A stretch of DNA of 64,000 bases from Candidatus Poribacteria bacterium (GCA_965205025.1 CBDBFU010000020.1:32001-96000), one strand, 5' to 3'; numbered from the stretch's first letter, positions 19,714 to 30,148 are shown. Program-made: numbers and translations. The notes: generated by a model from the letters alone, not told the origin.

Positions 19714-20469
19714 ATGCATAGCGATTCTCTTACAAACCGATGGATTATCGGTGGAGTTGTCTATCTAATGATATTTGCTGGGGGTTGCTTTCTATGGTAT
19801 CGATATGATACTTCGTATGAAAGAAGACAAGCACAAGAAACAGCGCTATTTGTCACTAAATCGCAGCGATCAATTAAGCAAGCTAACCCGATTCTGACGA
19901 CATCTACGGACATCCCTCTCAATAGAAGCAAGACATTGGATGAAGAAACACCGTTAAATCAAGTTGTAGGAGATAGTAATATACAGGAGAAAATTGCTTC
20001 AAAAGAAGATAGGATAACAATCATGGGGAGAGAAATTAAGATCTCTGATATACCAGATATACCCAATGAATCTCCACACGGGTTCGGAATATTCCCAGAG
20101 ATTCCAGAGGATTATCCTTGGTCGGCTGTTTGGTTAGCAATCACCTATTATGATCTTCCATCTGAAAGACAGAGACAACATGAACTATTGGATCGAGTAT
20201 TAATCAAGCTCTGGACTGATGGGGACACAGACTTCAAAGGAGGAAAAATTGACGGTAATACTGGTCTTGTATATCCAAACTATTCAGACACTGTCTATAT
20301 TACCGTTGAAGAACGTCTTTTACCTGATGGATCTATCAAACCGATTATAACAAGACAATTTGGATCCGTTTCTCAAGAAATAGATCTTTTAAACCCACCT
20401 AATAATATTAAGGTATTGGATTATGATTCTGGGGGAATAGATCCTTATGAATACCTTAACTTACCATAG
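19714..20469 (+). CDS. Hypothetical membrane-anchored protein
   Basis: AAGGAGG RBS before ATG 19714; N-terminal TM helix; SPHGFGIFPEIPEDYP...ELLDRVLIKLW domain of unknown function. Confidence 0.8.
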   Translation: MHSDSLTNRWIIGGVVYLMIFAGGCFLWYRYDTSYERRQAQETALFVTKSQRSIKQANPILTTSTDIPLNRSKTLDEETPLNQVVGDSNIQEKIASKEDRITIMGREIKISDIPDIPNESPHGFGIFPEIPEDYPWSAVWLAITYYDLPSERQRQHELLDRVLIKLWTDGDTDFKGGKIDGNTGLVYPNYSDTVYITVEERLLPDGSIKPIITRQFGSVSQEIDLLNPPNNIKVLDYDSGGIDPYEYLNLP

Positions 20470-20475
20470 AAGGGA

Positions 20476-20652
20476 ATGAAAATGTATATGAGTTAAGTTC
20501 ATGTTACAACGATAATAATGATAATAGTGTTTATTGTTTTCAATGATATTTTGGTACACAGACGAAGCAGAAAAGATCAGTCACTCGAAAAACAGATTCA
20601 AAACCCCACACAGGAAATCGAAACCCTGAAACAGCGAATCGCAAGCCTCTGA
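20476..20652 (+). pseudogene. Small gene remnant: signal-peptide-like start with internal TAA joined to a coiled-coil tail
   Basis: MKMYMS*VHVTTIIMIIVFIVFNDILVHRRSRKDQSLEKQIQNPTQEIETLKQRIASL* in one frame after an AGAAGGGA RBS-like sequence. Confidence 0.45.
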
Positions 20653-20709
20653 TGCAGCACGCCTTTTCACTTAGAAGTCGGAATCTGATACCGATTCATC
20701 CTAATCATA

Positions 20710-21326
20710 GGCGTCAATTTAGTGCATATCCAGGAACGGTAGCTTCGGTTTCCTAACCGAAGCGGATTATACGAAAGGCTTTCAATCTATGGTTTAGCAC
20801 AAATCCGGTGCGGTTAGGAAACCGCACTATAGGCGTCAATTTAGTGGTTTTCCCAGGCCGGTAGGTGCGATTTCCTAATCGCACCATAGGCATCAATTTA
20901 GGATACACCTTTCGCCCCGCTGGGGCTTAGTGTTTTGTGTTTATTACGTTTTCTACAAACCTTTCGCCCCGCGAATCAACGGTATGAATGCCTTATGGCA
21001 TTCACCGGGGCTTGGGATATTGGTGATAACCACTTCTATAGACATTCCGTCCCTACGGGACTCAAAACCAATAAATCATAGTCTAAATTGACGCTAATAG
21101 TGCGATTTCCTAATCGCACTGGATCCTTCGCGAAAAACTTTATGAACGCAATTGGAACAAACCCGGTTCGGTTAGGAAACCGAACCTACCGACCTGAAAT
21201 TTATAGCGTACTTCTCTTTAAATTGACGCCTATGAATCAACGGTATGAATGCTATTTAGCATTCCCCGTGGTTAGGAAACCGCACCTACCGGCCTGGGTA
21301 TAACATTTTCTCTCCTTAATTGACGC
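20710..21326. repeat. Dense mosaic of REP-like hairpins (families A and B), ggcgtcaatttag motifs and two 34-nt mini-elements
   Basis: Family B hairpins near 20739, 20808, 20860, 21100, 21164, 21268; (g)gcgtcaattta-like motifs near 20710, 20832, 20890 and inverted near 21083, 21219, 21316; family A near 20901, 20953, 21036. Confidence 0.9.
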
Positions 21327-21366
21327 ATATGGATACAGTTTCATCCTCATATACAAGTACCCCACT

Positions 21367-22233
21367 TCAGTCATCAATTCTATCTCTGAGAATCTTATGT
21401 AAAGCATTTGAAGCAGCAACAAGAGTCTGAACTCTTTTACTAAAATCGACATCTGATTCTACATCATTTATGTGAGTTTGTGCTTGTTTCACAGCTTGTG
21501 ATAGACCTGCAATTAGAGATTCCTCTGTACTCTTAAATTCTACCATTCGACTTTTATCGTAGGCAATCTTCGCTTCTTCCCAGAGTCCTCCATACTTTTC
21601 CATAGGAAAACGACTATGTGAAGGACGAAGATACGAAAAAGCTTTCTTCCAAACTCTAAAGAGATCACTAAGTTCAGAACCAATTTCAAAATCATCATCA
21701 TGCATCCCCATATTTTCAATCAATGAATAATCAATGAATTGGCGTAAGTAATTGAACTCTTTGAATTCATAAACCATTCTACACAATGCCTCTGAGGTAG
21801 TTACCTGACGTGCATGACATATAACAATAAATTCACGATGGACATCTGTAATTGGGATCAATGCACACCTTGGGAACACATCCTCATATACCTTATCCAA
21901 AAGATCCTGGAGATATTGCTTAATACATACTGGTTCATTCATATTCCGCCCAAATTCATCACCTTCATATTCTGTTCCATCTTCAGCATACCAATCATCT
22001 AACAACAGTATTTCACCGGCTTCATATTGTTGAATCCATTCTTGACGAAATTCCTCAGTCTTTTGTTCGGCTAACGGTTGATATTGGTCCATTACTTCCT
22101 TAAAAAAATCACAATCGGTAGGTAATCTTGCTGCTAATACTTCTATACCTTCTTCAGGATGTAGATCTATTAATTCGTCTTCTTCATGATAAACTAAATC
22201 ATCTTCATCAGGGATTACTAATTTGAATGACAT
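21367..22233 (-). CDS. Hypothetical acidic protein
   Basis: ~290-aa ORF with GGAGG RBS before MSFKLVIP; no recognisable motif. Confidence 0.75.
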   Translation of the reverse strand: MSFKLVIPDEDDLVYHEEDELIDLHPEEGIEVLAARLPTDCDFFKEVMDQYQPLAEQKTEEFRQEWIQQYEAGEILLLDDWYAEDGTEYEGDEFGRNMNEPVCIKQYLQDLLDKVYEDVFPRCALIPITDVHREFIVICHARQVTTSEALCRMVYEFKEFNYLRQFIDYSLIENMGMHDDDFEIGSELSDLFRVWKKAFSYLRPSHSRFPMEKYGGLWEEAKIAYDKSRMVEFKSTEESLIAGLSQAVKQAQTHINDVESDVDFSKRVQTLVAASNALHKILRDRIDD

Positions 22234-22525
22234 TTCTATCCTCCAATAATTCATAAATTATATGGTTAATAATAAATATTATATAATAATTATTATGTTA
22301 AAAGAATAATGTGATATATATTTTAACATAAAACAATTTAGATGTCAAATTTATTTTAGTATAGCATTTTTACAAATACAGAAGCAAGAAACCAAAAGAT
22401 CATTCAAGAGAAAAATATAAACTATAAGTAAGTTTTAGATAATATAATTATTAACTTAATAACTCAACATTAGAACTTATTCTACCAAACTCTGTTAATT
22501 TGTACTACTCTGGATTAACTCCATT

Positions 22526-22962
22526 TTCACGGAAACCTTCACGGAGCAATTTTGGGAATATAGAGTGGATAAGGGTTTATAATTTCATGTATGTGTTATT
22601 TCCGTGAATCACATACGTTAATATTATATTAACTTTGCTCACTTGGTGCAATAGATTTCTTGTGCCATTGTGTCCCACACTTCTTCTGTAGGAGCGACCT
22701 CCCGGTCGCGACCAGGAGGTCGCTCCTACAAGTAAAGTGTCAAATTAAATCTAAAGTTTACTATACAGTATAATTATCAAATTAAGGATTACTATATCTA
22801 AGTGTTGTATCGCTTACCTATCAAAGAGTGTATCCTCATCTACAACACAATTAAGTTAAATATAATATAACGAATGTGATTCACGGAGGATTAGTCTACT
22901 TTAAATTGTAATCCCTTATAGAATAAGGGTTCGTAAAAATCCTCCGTGAAGGTTTCCGTGAA
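22526..22962. repeat. Inverted pair of family-C elements enclosing a 44-nt GTAG-type palindrome
   Basis: Copies at 22526-22636 and 22845-22962 (inverted); tgtaggagcgacctcccggtcgcgaccaggaggtcgctcctaca at 22687-22730. Confidence 0.88.
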
Positions 22963-23094
22963 TTGAGCTCTGGATTTCTCACAGCGATATTAACAGATAT
23001 TAAATCATTCTAACAAGAATAATGAATCATCCAAAAGCCAATATTTCTCTTACGAGATATGCTCAAAATAACTATATAACTCATTTAAAGAAAG

Positions 23095-23123
23095 TTGATT
23101 AACTCTCTATTTTGTGGTAAAAT
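23095..23123 (+). promoter_or_regulatory. Sigma70-type promoter of asd
   Basis: TTGATT-17 bp-TAAAAT with TGn extended -10. Confidence 0.6.
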
Positions 23124-23156
23124 TATTTAAAAGGTTAACTTTGAGGTAAATAAGAA

Positions 23157-24158
23157 ATGAATGAGAGTTATCGTGTTGCAATTGTCGGCGCGACAGGGGC
23201 AGTTGGCAACACAATGTTGGAACTACTCGAAGAACGTTCCTTCCCTATTGGTAGTCTAAAACTTCTGGCATCCCATCGATCAGCAGGTGAAATCCTGACG
23301 TTTAAAGGTACACATATCACTATTGAAGAATTAACACACGATTCCTTTGATGATGTTGATGTGGTATTTTCCTCAGCTGGTGGTTCAGTAAGTCTTGAAT
23401 TCATCCCAACAGCAGTAGAAAAAGGCGCGTTGGTTATTGATAATACAAGTGCATTTCGAATGGATGAACATACACCATTGGTTGTTCCAGAAGTCAATAT
23501 GGATGCTGCCAAAGAACACAATGGTCTGATTGCCAATCCAAATTGTTCTACAATTCAGATGATGGTCGCCCTCAAACCTATTTATGATGCAGTGGGGATA
23601 AAGAGGATCGTTGTATCGACATATCAGAGTGTTTCAGGAAAGAGTGGACGTGCAGTGACCGAATTGGTGCAGCAGACAACTGAAGCATTGGAAGGCAAAC
23701 CCATCACACTGGATCGATTTCCCCATCAGATGGCATTCAATGTTGCCTTTGATTGGCCCTTTACCGATAGTGGAGATAATGAAGAGGAACTGAAGATGGT
23801 AAACGAAACACATAAAATCCTATCTGATGATTCTATTGGTGTTTCTGCCACTACAGTAAGAGTACCAGTTTTCTTCGCTCATTCTGAATCAATAAACGTA
23901 GAGACACATCAGAAACTCACACAGACAGAAGCACGTGAAATCTTATCAGATGCCCCAGGAGTAGAATTACTTGATGATCCTGATAATTATCAGTTTCCGC
24001 TCGCAATTGATGTCGCAGGAAAAGATGATGTATATGTTGGACGTGTCCGAGAAGATTTTTCAATTGATAACGGTTTAAATCTGTGGGTAGTTGCTGATAA
24101 TTTACGTAAAGGTGCAGCTTTAAACGCAATTCAAATTGCTGAACAACTCCTGTTGTAA
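23157..24158 (+). CDS. asd: Aspartate-semialdehyde dehydrogenase
   Basis: GATGAVG, ANPNCSTIQ, DNLRKGAALN. Confidence 0.97.
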   Translation: MNESYRVAIVGATGAVGNTMLELLEERSFPIGSLKLLASHRSAGEILTFKGTHITIEELTHDSFDDVDVVFSSAGGSVSLEFIPTAVEKGALVIDNTSAFRMDEHTPLVVPEVNMDAAKEHNGLIANPNCSTIQMMVALKPIYDAVGIKRIVVSTYQSVSGKSGRAVTELVQQTTEALEGKPITLDRFPHQMAFNVAFDWPFTDSGDNEEELKMVNETHKILSDDSIGVSATTVRVPVFFAHSESINVETHQKLTQTEAREILSDAPGVELLDDPDNYQFPLAIDVAGKDDVYVGRVREDFSIDNGLNLWVVADNLRKGAALNAIQIAEQLLL

Positions 24159-24271
24159 TTCATATTACAGTCTTAACGTAATAAAATCCTGAAATTGTTT
24201 TACAGTTTATCTGTATAATTTGTATCATTTCTTTTTTCAGTTATTTGCTGTTCTAAAGAAGATTATATTTG

Positions 24272-25405
24272 ATGGAATTAACCAAGGAAAACATCCCACA
24301 ATATCTTCGTGAACACCAGTCAGAAATAGGTTTCTTTGAAAACCACTCACAGATAGATTCAGTAGAAATTGGTGATGGAAATCTGAACTATGTGTATCGG
24401 GTTTTTGATTCATCAAATCCGGAACGTTCTCTTGTATTGAAGCAAGCACCGCCATATATTAAGATTTTAGGACCAGATTATCCGTTACCAACAGAACGCT
24501 TAACATTCGAATACCAAGCATTAAAGACATATAACGAATTTGCGAGTGACACTGTCCCATCCCTATACTTTTTCGACAGTGATTCTGCTGTTATTATAAT
24601 GGAGGATCTTAACGGATACAGACTACTACGTGATGATCTAATTGCTGGTCAGGTGAATTCATCAATTCCAATTGAAATCGGTAGGTTTCTGGGTATTGTC
24701 CATAGTCAGACCTATTTCGAAAATATGGAAGATACGGCGGTTAAGCAGTATAAACTTGATTTTAAGAATACTGTGATGCAGAATATAACAGCAGATTATG
24801 TTTTTACATTTCCTTTCACTGAACATGAAACCAATTTTTATTCTGATGGGTTAAAAAAAGAAGTAGACCAACTCAAAAATGACGAAGAATTCATACAACA
24901 AACTCATCAATTAAAGAGTATATTTCTGAATATACAACAAGGGTTAACCCATGGAGATTTACATACTGGTAGTATTATGGTGAACGACCAGTCCACCAAG
25001 GTAATTGATTCAGAATTTGCCTTCTATGGACCTGTTGGTTTTGATGTTGGCTTGTTTTGGGCAAATTATCTACTGTCTTTTTTCTCACATACAGATAATA
25101 CTGATATTCAATCTAAGATTAAATCAGCTATTGTAGATACATGGGAAACATATACTGATGAATTTATGATGGATAAACCACTTAAGGAACAAACTTTACA
25201 AAATATCTTTCAAGAATCAGTTGGATTTACAGGAATGGAGATGTTACGACGTATCATAGGTGCAGCACATGTTAAAGATATAGAGGGTATAGCGGATAAA
25301 CAACGAAAATTAGAGATAGAAACAGTAATTCTTAACTTTGGCAGGAAGATTGTAAAAGAACACCATAATATAACCTCAGTAGATGAATTAGTTGATTTAT
25401 TATAA
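24272..25405 (+). CDS. mtnK: S-methyl-5-thioribose kinase
   Basis: EIGDGNLNYVYRV, HGDLHTGS, IDSEFAFYGP, RRIIGAAHV. Confidence 0.93.
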   Translation: MELTKENIPQYLREHQSEIGFFENHSQIDSVEIGDGNLNYVYRVFDSSNPERSLVLKQAPPYIKILGPDYPLPTERLTFEYQALKTYNEFASDTVPSLYFFDSDSAVIIMEDLNGYRLLRDDLIAGQVNSSIPIEIGRFLGIVHSQTYFENMEDTAVKQYKLDFKNTVMQNITADYVFTFPFTEHETNFYSDGLKKEVDQLKNDEEFIQQTHQLKSIFLNIQQGLTHGDLHTGSIMVNDQSTKVIDSEFAFYGPVGFDVGLFWANYLLSFFSHTDNTDIQSKIKSAIVDTWETYTDEFMMDKPLKEQTLQNIFQESVGFTGMEMLRRIIGAAHVKDIEGIADKQRKLEIETVILNFGRKIVKEHHNITSVDELVDLL

Positions 25406-25457
25406 AGAACTATCACTATACATAAAAAACTATTTATAAGGTATTCCCCATTTAATT

Positions 25458-26330
25458 ATGAGAGATTACTACGAAATTCTCGGTGTTAATAGAGACGCCT
25501 CAGCGGATGAAATCAAAAAGGCATATCGTAAATTAGCAGTCAAATATCATCCTGATAAGAATCCAGATGATAAAACTGCGGAAGATAGATTTAAAGAAGC
25601 GTCCAATGCCTATTCAGTTCTATCCGACCCAGAAAAACGACGTGTGTATGATACACGGGGACATGCAGGTGTTCACGGTATGGGTTTTGAAGGCTATACC
25701 AATGTAAATGACATCTTTTCAAATATCAATCTGAATGATCTATTTGGTCGAACAACCTATGGTGGAGGCGGAGGTTTTGATGAGGTATTCGGTGATATCT
25801 TTGGACCACAACATAGAACTACACGTACTTACCGGGGTCGGGATCATAAGGTAAACCTTACAATTCCTTTTGAAGATTCAGTACTCGGTGCCACGAGAGA
25901 AGTAACGATACAAGGGAAGAATATCAACATAAAAATTCCTCCTGGTATTAAAGATGGTCAGACATTACGGATACGGGGACAAGGTGAATCCTTCGGTTCT
26001 GGTCCTTCAGGAGATCTATTAGCAAGGGTATCAATAAAACCTCATCCAACTATTACACGGGATGGACTGGATTTAGTAACAGAGGTGAAAGTCCCAATGA
26101 CAACTGCAGCATTAGGTGGTACAGTCCGTGTGAATACATTGTCAGGGGATGTAGATTTAAAGATTCCTGCAGGATCACAGCCAGGACAACAATTAAGAAT
26201 CCGAGGACAAGGAATTATTGATTCAACTGCTCGAAGCGGTGACCTACGTGTTAAGCTTGTTGTCGAAATACCTCAATCTTTATCGAAAAAACAGAAAGAC
26301 CTACTCAAGAAACTTGATGATACTCTCTAA
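25458..26330 (+). CDS. DnaJ-class co-chaperone lacking the zinc finger (CbpA-like)
   Basis: J-domain with HPD, G/F region, DnaJ_C; no CxxCxGxG repeats. Confidence 0.92.
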   Translation: MRDYYEILGVNRDASADEIKKAYRKLAVKYHPDKNPDDKTAEDRFKEASNAYSVLSDPEKRRVYDTRGHAGVHGMGFEGYTNVNDIFSNINLNDLFGRTTYGGGGGFDEVFGDIFGPQHRTTRTYRGRDHKVNLTIPFEDSVLGATREVTIQGKNINIKIPPGIKDGQTLRIRGQGESFGSGPSGDLLARVSIKPHPTITRDGLDLVTEVKVPMTTAALGGTVRVNTLSGDVDLKIPAGSQPGQQLRIRGQGIIDSTARSGDLRVKLVVEIPQSLSKKQKDLLKKLDDTL

Positions 26331-26457
26331 GAAACATTTTGTAGTTTTCATCGAACATGTATTTAAACATTCTTAATTATTATATCAGATAAAATGCCAT
26401 CACATTTTCAGAACTAAGACAGGTATAAAAAACCTGAATGATTCGTAAGGAGAATTA

Positions 26458-27645
26458 ATGATTTCACTATCAGAACGGAGCCAAAACGTAACCCCATCTT
26501 CAACCTTAGCCATCACAGCGAAAATCAATGCAATGATCGCAGATGGTGTGGATGTTGTCAAATTCGGTGCGGGTGAACCAGATTTTGATACACCAGACTA
26601 TATTAAAGCGGCAGCAATCTCTGCACTTGAGGATGGATTTACAAAATATACACCCGTCCCCGGTACACCTGAACTACGTGAAGCAATCGTTGATAAATTT
26701 CAGAGGGACAATGGATTAAGCTATTCAACATCAGAAATCATCGTTTCATGTGGGGCAAAACATACCCTTTATAACATCATGCAAGCGATTTGTGATCCGG
26801 GGGATGAGGTTATCTTCGCTGCTCCATATTGGGTAAGCTATCCACAACAGATTAAGTTGGCAGGAGCTGTGCCACAAGTAATTGAAACAACAGCAGATCA
26901 GAATTTCTGTATGCAGGCAACAGATGTTGAAGCAGCGATTAATTCCAACACAAAAGCAATTCTCATCAACAGTCCAAGTAATCCTACGGGTACAACCTAT
27001 GATGTGGAAAATTTAAAACAGATCGCAGAAATTGCTGTGAAAAATCAGGTATATCTCATTTCTGATGAAATCTATGAAGCCTTACTCTACGACGAAGCTA
27101 CACACAAAAGTCCTGCTGCCTTCAATGAAGAAACAAAAGCCATTACATTTGTCGTGAATGGTGTATCCAAAGCATATTCAATGACTGGATGGCGCATTGG
27201 GTATACTGCTGGACCAGAAGATGTTATCTCAGCTATGTCCCGGATACAATCTCACAGTACATCAAACCCCACCTCCATTGCTCAGAAAGCGGCTGTAGCA
27301 GCACTTAATGAACCCCAAGATGCAGTTGAAGAGATGCGTAAAGCATTTGAAGAACGTCGGGATGTAATCTGTGAACGTTTTGATGATATTGATGGTGTAA
27401 GTTATGTCAAACCACAAGGTGCATTCTATATTTTCCCTGATTTTTCAGACCATTATGGAAGAACACTTGATGGTAAAAGTATAGAAGGTTCAATGGATAT
27501 TACGGATTATCTATTGGGTTCTGCTGGTGTTGGGGTAGTTCCAGGAGACGGTTTTGGTGCGGATAGGAATTTACGGCTCTCGTTTGCCACATCATTGACT
27601 GAAATCAACCGTGGATTAGATCGTATTAAAGAAGCATTGAAATAA
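26458..27645 (+). CDS. aspC: Class I PLP aminotransferase (aspartate aminotransferase type)
   Basis: GEPDF, NSPSNPTG, DEIY, SKAYSMTGWRIG. Confidence 0.9.
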   Translation: MISLSERSQNVTPSSTLAITAKINAMIADGVDVVKFGAGEPDFDTPDYIKAAAISALEDGFTKYTPVPGTPELREAIVDKFQRDNGLSYSTSEIIVSCGAKHTLYNIMQAICDPGDEVIFAAPYWVSYPQQIKLAGAVPQVIETTADQNFCMQATDVEAAINSNTKAILINSPSNPTGTTYDVENLKQIAEIAVKNQVYLISDEIYEALLYDEATHKSPAAFNEETKAITFVVNGVSKAYSMTGWRIGYTAGPEDVISAMSRIQSHSTSNPTSIAQKAAVAALNEPQDAVEEMRKAFEERRDVICERFDDIDGVSYVKPQGAFYIFPDFSDHYGRTLDGKSIEGSMDITDYLLGSAGVGVVPGDGFGADRNLRLSFATSLTEINRGLDRIKEALK

Positions 27646-27678
27646 GGTATATTCTACCACTATTTAGGAGATATTAAC

Positions 27679-29388
27679 GTGACGAAACCGAATCTGGTCT
27701 TTGTTATCACAGATGATCAAGGGTATGGAGATTTGGGATGTACAGGGAATCCTGTAATTAACACACCGAATCTGGACTCACTTTCAGAGGAAAGTGTCCA
27801 ACTACGGAATCTACACGTCGGTCCCACATGTTCACCGACACGCGCAGGGATTATGACAGGTCGATATTGTAATTCCACAGGGGTGTGGCATACAATTGGG
27901 GGTAGATCTTTACTCCGTAGTGATGAAGTCACGATGGCGGATATCTTCAGAAATAATGGGTATAAGACAGGTATGTTTGGCAAATGGCATCTTGGAGATA
28001 ACTATCCATTCCGTCCACATGATCGTGGGTTTGAAGAAGCACTCTATCACGGTGGTGGTGGAATTAGTCAAACACCAGATTATTGGGGTAATGATTATTT
28101 CGATGATACATACTTTGACAACGGTTCAGAACAACCCTTTAAAGGATATTGTACCGATGTGTGGTTTCAACAAGGGATGAATTTCATTGAAAGAAACCAA
28201 GATCGTCCTTTCTTCTGTTATATACCTACAAATGCACCCCACGGTCCATTCCGTGTACCTGATTCATATAGTGAAGTTTATAAGAAAAAAGGTGAACCTA
28301 ATGATCGTGCATGTTTCTATGGGATGATAACTAACATAGATGATAATATGGCACGACTTCGGCATCATCTGAGAGTACTTGGACTTGAAGAAAACACAAT
28401 ACTTATTTTTATGACTGACAACGGTTCTGCTGCTGGTTGTAACCTTGATGATAGACAGTTTGTCAAAAATGGATATAATGCTGGAATGCGCGGAAAGAAA
28501 GGTTCACCGTATGAAGGTGGGCATCGTGTACCGTTATTCTTACATTGGCCTGATGGTGGATTATCAGAAAAGAAAGAGGTAGATGAACTCACAGCAAATA
28601 TTGATTTACTACCGACTCTCATTGACCTTTGTGATTTAGATGTTTCTGATAATTCTCGATTTCATGGTACAAGTATAGCACCTTTGATAAAAGATGAAGA
28701 AGTCGAGTGGGAAGATCGTGTAATTGTTACAGATTCACAACGGGTTGAAAACCCAATCAAGTGGAAAGATAGTGCTACCATGTCACAACGGTGGAGACTC
28801 ATAAATGGTAAAGAGTTATATGATATTCAAGCAGATCCAGAACAGCGTGAAAATATTGCAAATGAGAATCCTGATGTCGTTGAAGAACTACGTGCACATT
28901 ATGAAAAATGGTGGGATTTAGTCTCTGTACGTTTCGATGAAGAGTGTCCAATTGTTGTTGGTACACAACACGAACAGGTTGCGTGTATTACTACACACGA
29001 TTGGCATGGAAGAGGACATGCATGGAATCAAGGATCAATTCGCCGTGGAATGGAATGTAATGGTCATTGGGCAATTGAGATTCCTGAGGATGGAGAATAT
29101 AGTTTTGAGTTAAGACGATGGCCACGTGAGGAAGATAGAGCAATCATTGAAGGAATCCCTGGAGACAATATTGATCTATACAACGGTGGACGCGCACTGG
29201 ACTTAAAAACGGCTCAGATTCGTATTGGTGATCAGTCTGCAACAAAAAGTATCACGGCTGATGCAAAGAGTGTCAACTTCACATTCAGTCTAAAAACTGG
29301 ACAGACAAGTCTTCAAACCCAATTCTCAGATGAGACGGGTGAATTGACACTCGGTGCATATTACGTTTATGTTAAACGTGTAATCTAA
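27679..29388 (+). CDS. Arylsulfatase (formylglycine-dependent)
   Basis: TDDQGYGD, CSPTR, GKWHLG, EGGHRVP. Confidence 0.95.
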   Translation: MTKPNLVFVITDDQGYGDLGCTGNPVINTPNLDSLSEESVQLRNLHVGPTCSPTRAGIMTGRYCNSTGVWHTIGGRSLLRSDEVTMADIFRNNGYKTGMFGKWHLGDNYPFRPHDRGFEEALYHGGGGISQTPDYWGNDYFDDTYFDNGSEQPFKGYCTDVWFQQGMNFIERNQDRPFFCYIPTNAPHGPFRVPDSYSEVYKKKGEPNDRACFYGMITNIDDNMARLRHHLRVLGLEENTILIFMTDNGSAAGCNLDDRQFVKNGYNAGMRGKKGSPYEGGHRVPLFLHWPDGGLSEKKEVDELTANIDLLPTLIDLCDLDVSDNSRFHGTSIAPLIKDEEVEWEDRVIVTDSQRVENPIKWKDSATMSQRWRLINGKELYDIQADPEQRENIANENPDVVEELRAHYEKWWDLVSVRFDEECPIVVGTQHEQVACITTHDWHGRGHAWNQGSIRRGMECNGHWAIEIPEDGEYSFELRRWPREEDRAIIEGIPGDNIDLYNGGRALDLKTAQIRIGDQSATKSITADAKSVNFTFSLKTGQTSLQTQFSDETGELTLGAYYVYVKRVI

Positions 29389-29419
29389 AAGACATGGATT
29401 GAACTTACCGAATTAACTT

Positions 29420-29770
29420 TTAAATATAAGCAACATTCATGCACTTGGAATACAGACCTGCGGTATCCGTAAACTGAAGCCAAAGAATATAACTCATTTT
29501 ATCTCTAATTGTTCCCTTACCAATTGGAATAGTGACTGTACCACCTTTTGGCATACTAAGTGCCCCATCAACTTTTCCTTTAACCCAATCCCCTTGTTTT
29601 ATTGTACCTTTCAATTCATTACCAGATACATCCTCAACGACATCACCTTTACCTTCATCAAGTAGCCAGATGGCAACAACTTTCTCTGGATCGATTTTAG
29701 CATCAGATAGACCTGTAAATATACCTAATGTGAATATAATACACAATAATGTTATAACTCTTATATACAT
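29420..29770 (-). pseudogene. Truncated secreted LamG-domain protein
   Basis: Signal peptide + VAIWLLDEGKGDVVEDVSGN...WVKGK.DGAL, ending after ~115 aa; the intact relative at 36976 is 271 aa. Confidence 0.7.
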
Positions 29771-29809
29771 TAGTTCAATCCTCAATATATGATAGTTTAA
29801 TTATTATAC

Positions 29810-30148
29810 TATAGTTTGGACAATTTTAGACATAGCACTCCGCTGGAGTGCGGGATTGCTATGCTTCACTGCTATAGACATATTGCTCCGCTGGAGCAAG
29901 ACCCACAATTTATCCGTTTGTTAGATGCAATCAATAGAGAACTAACTACATCAACCTTACACAGTCTCCTCACGCCAGCGGCGTGATATGTCTATAGAAA
30001 AAAGAGCCAAACAGCACTGCACTCCAGCGGAGTGCAATGTAAAGGTGTCTGTTTTTCTGTGAGTTATACCGCCCCCCAAAACTATCAGGAAAACAGAAGA
30101 ACCCTTGAAAAACCCGACATGAGACCGACAGAAACTGTCCAAACTATA
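29810..30148. mobile_element. MITE-like element with 13-bp terminal inverted repeats carrying four family-A hairpins
   Basis: TATAGTTTGGACA (29810-29822) / TGTCCAAACTATA (30136-30148); hairpins at 29824, 29872 (fwd) and 29970, 30019 (rev). Confidence 0.65.

Noticed and set aside
24272-25405. mtnK without an adjacent mtnA as an unusual pathway
   Set aside because: Methionine salvage genes are often dispersed; the window is too small to judge
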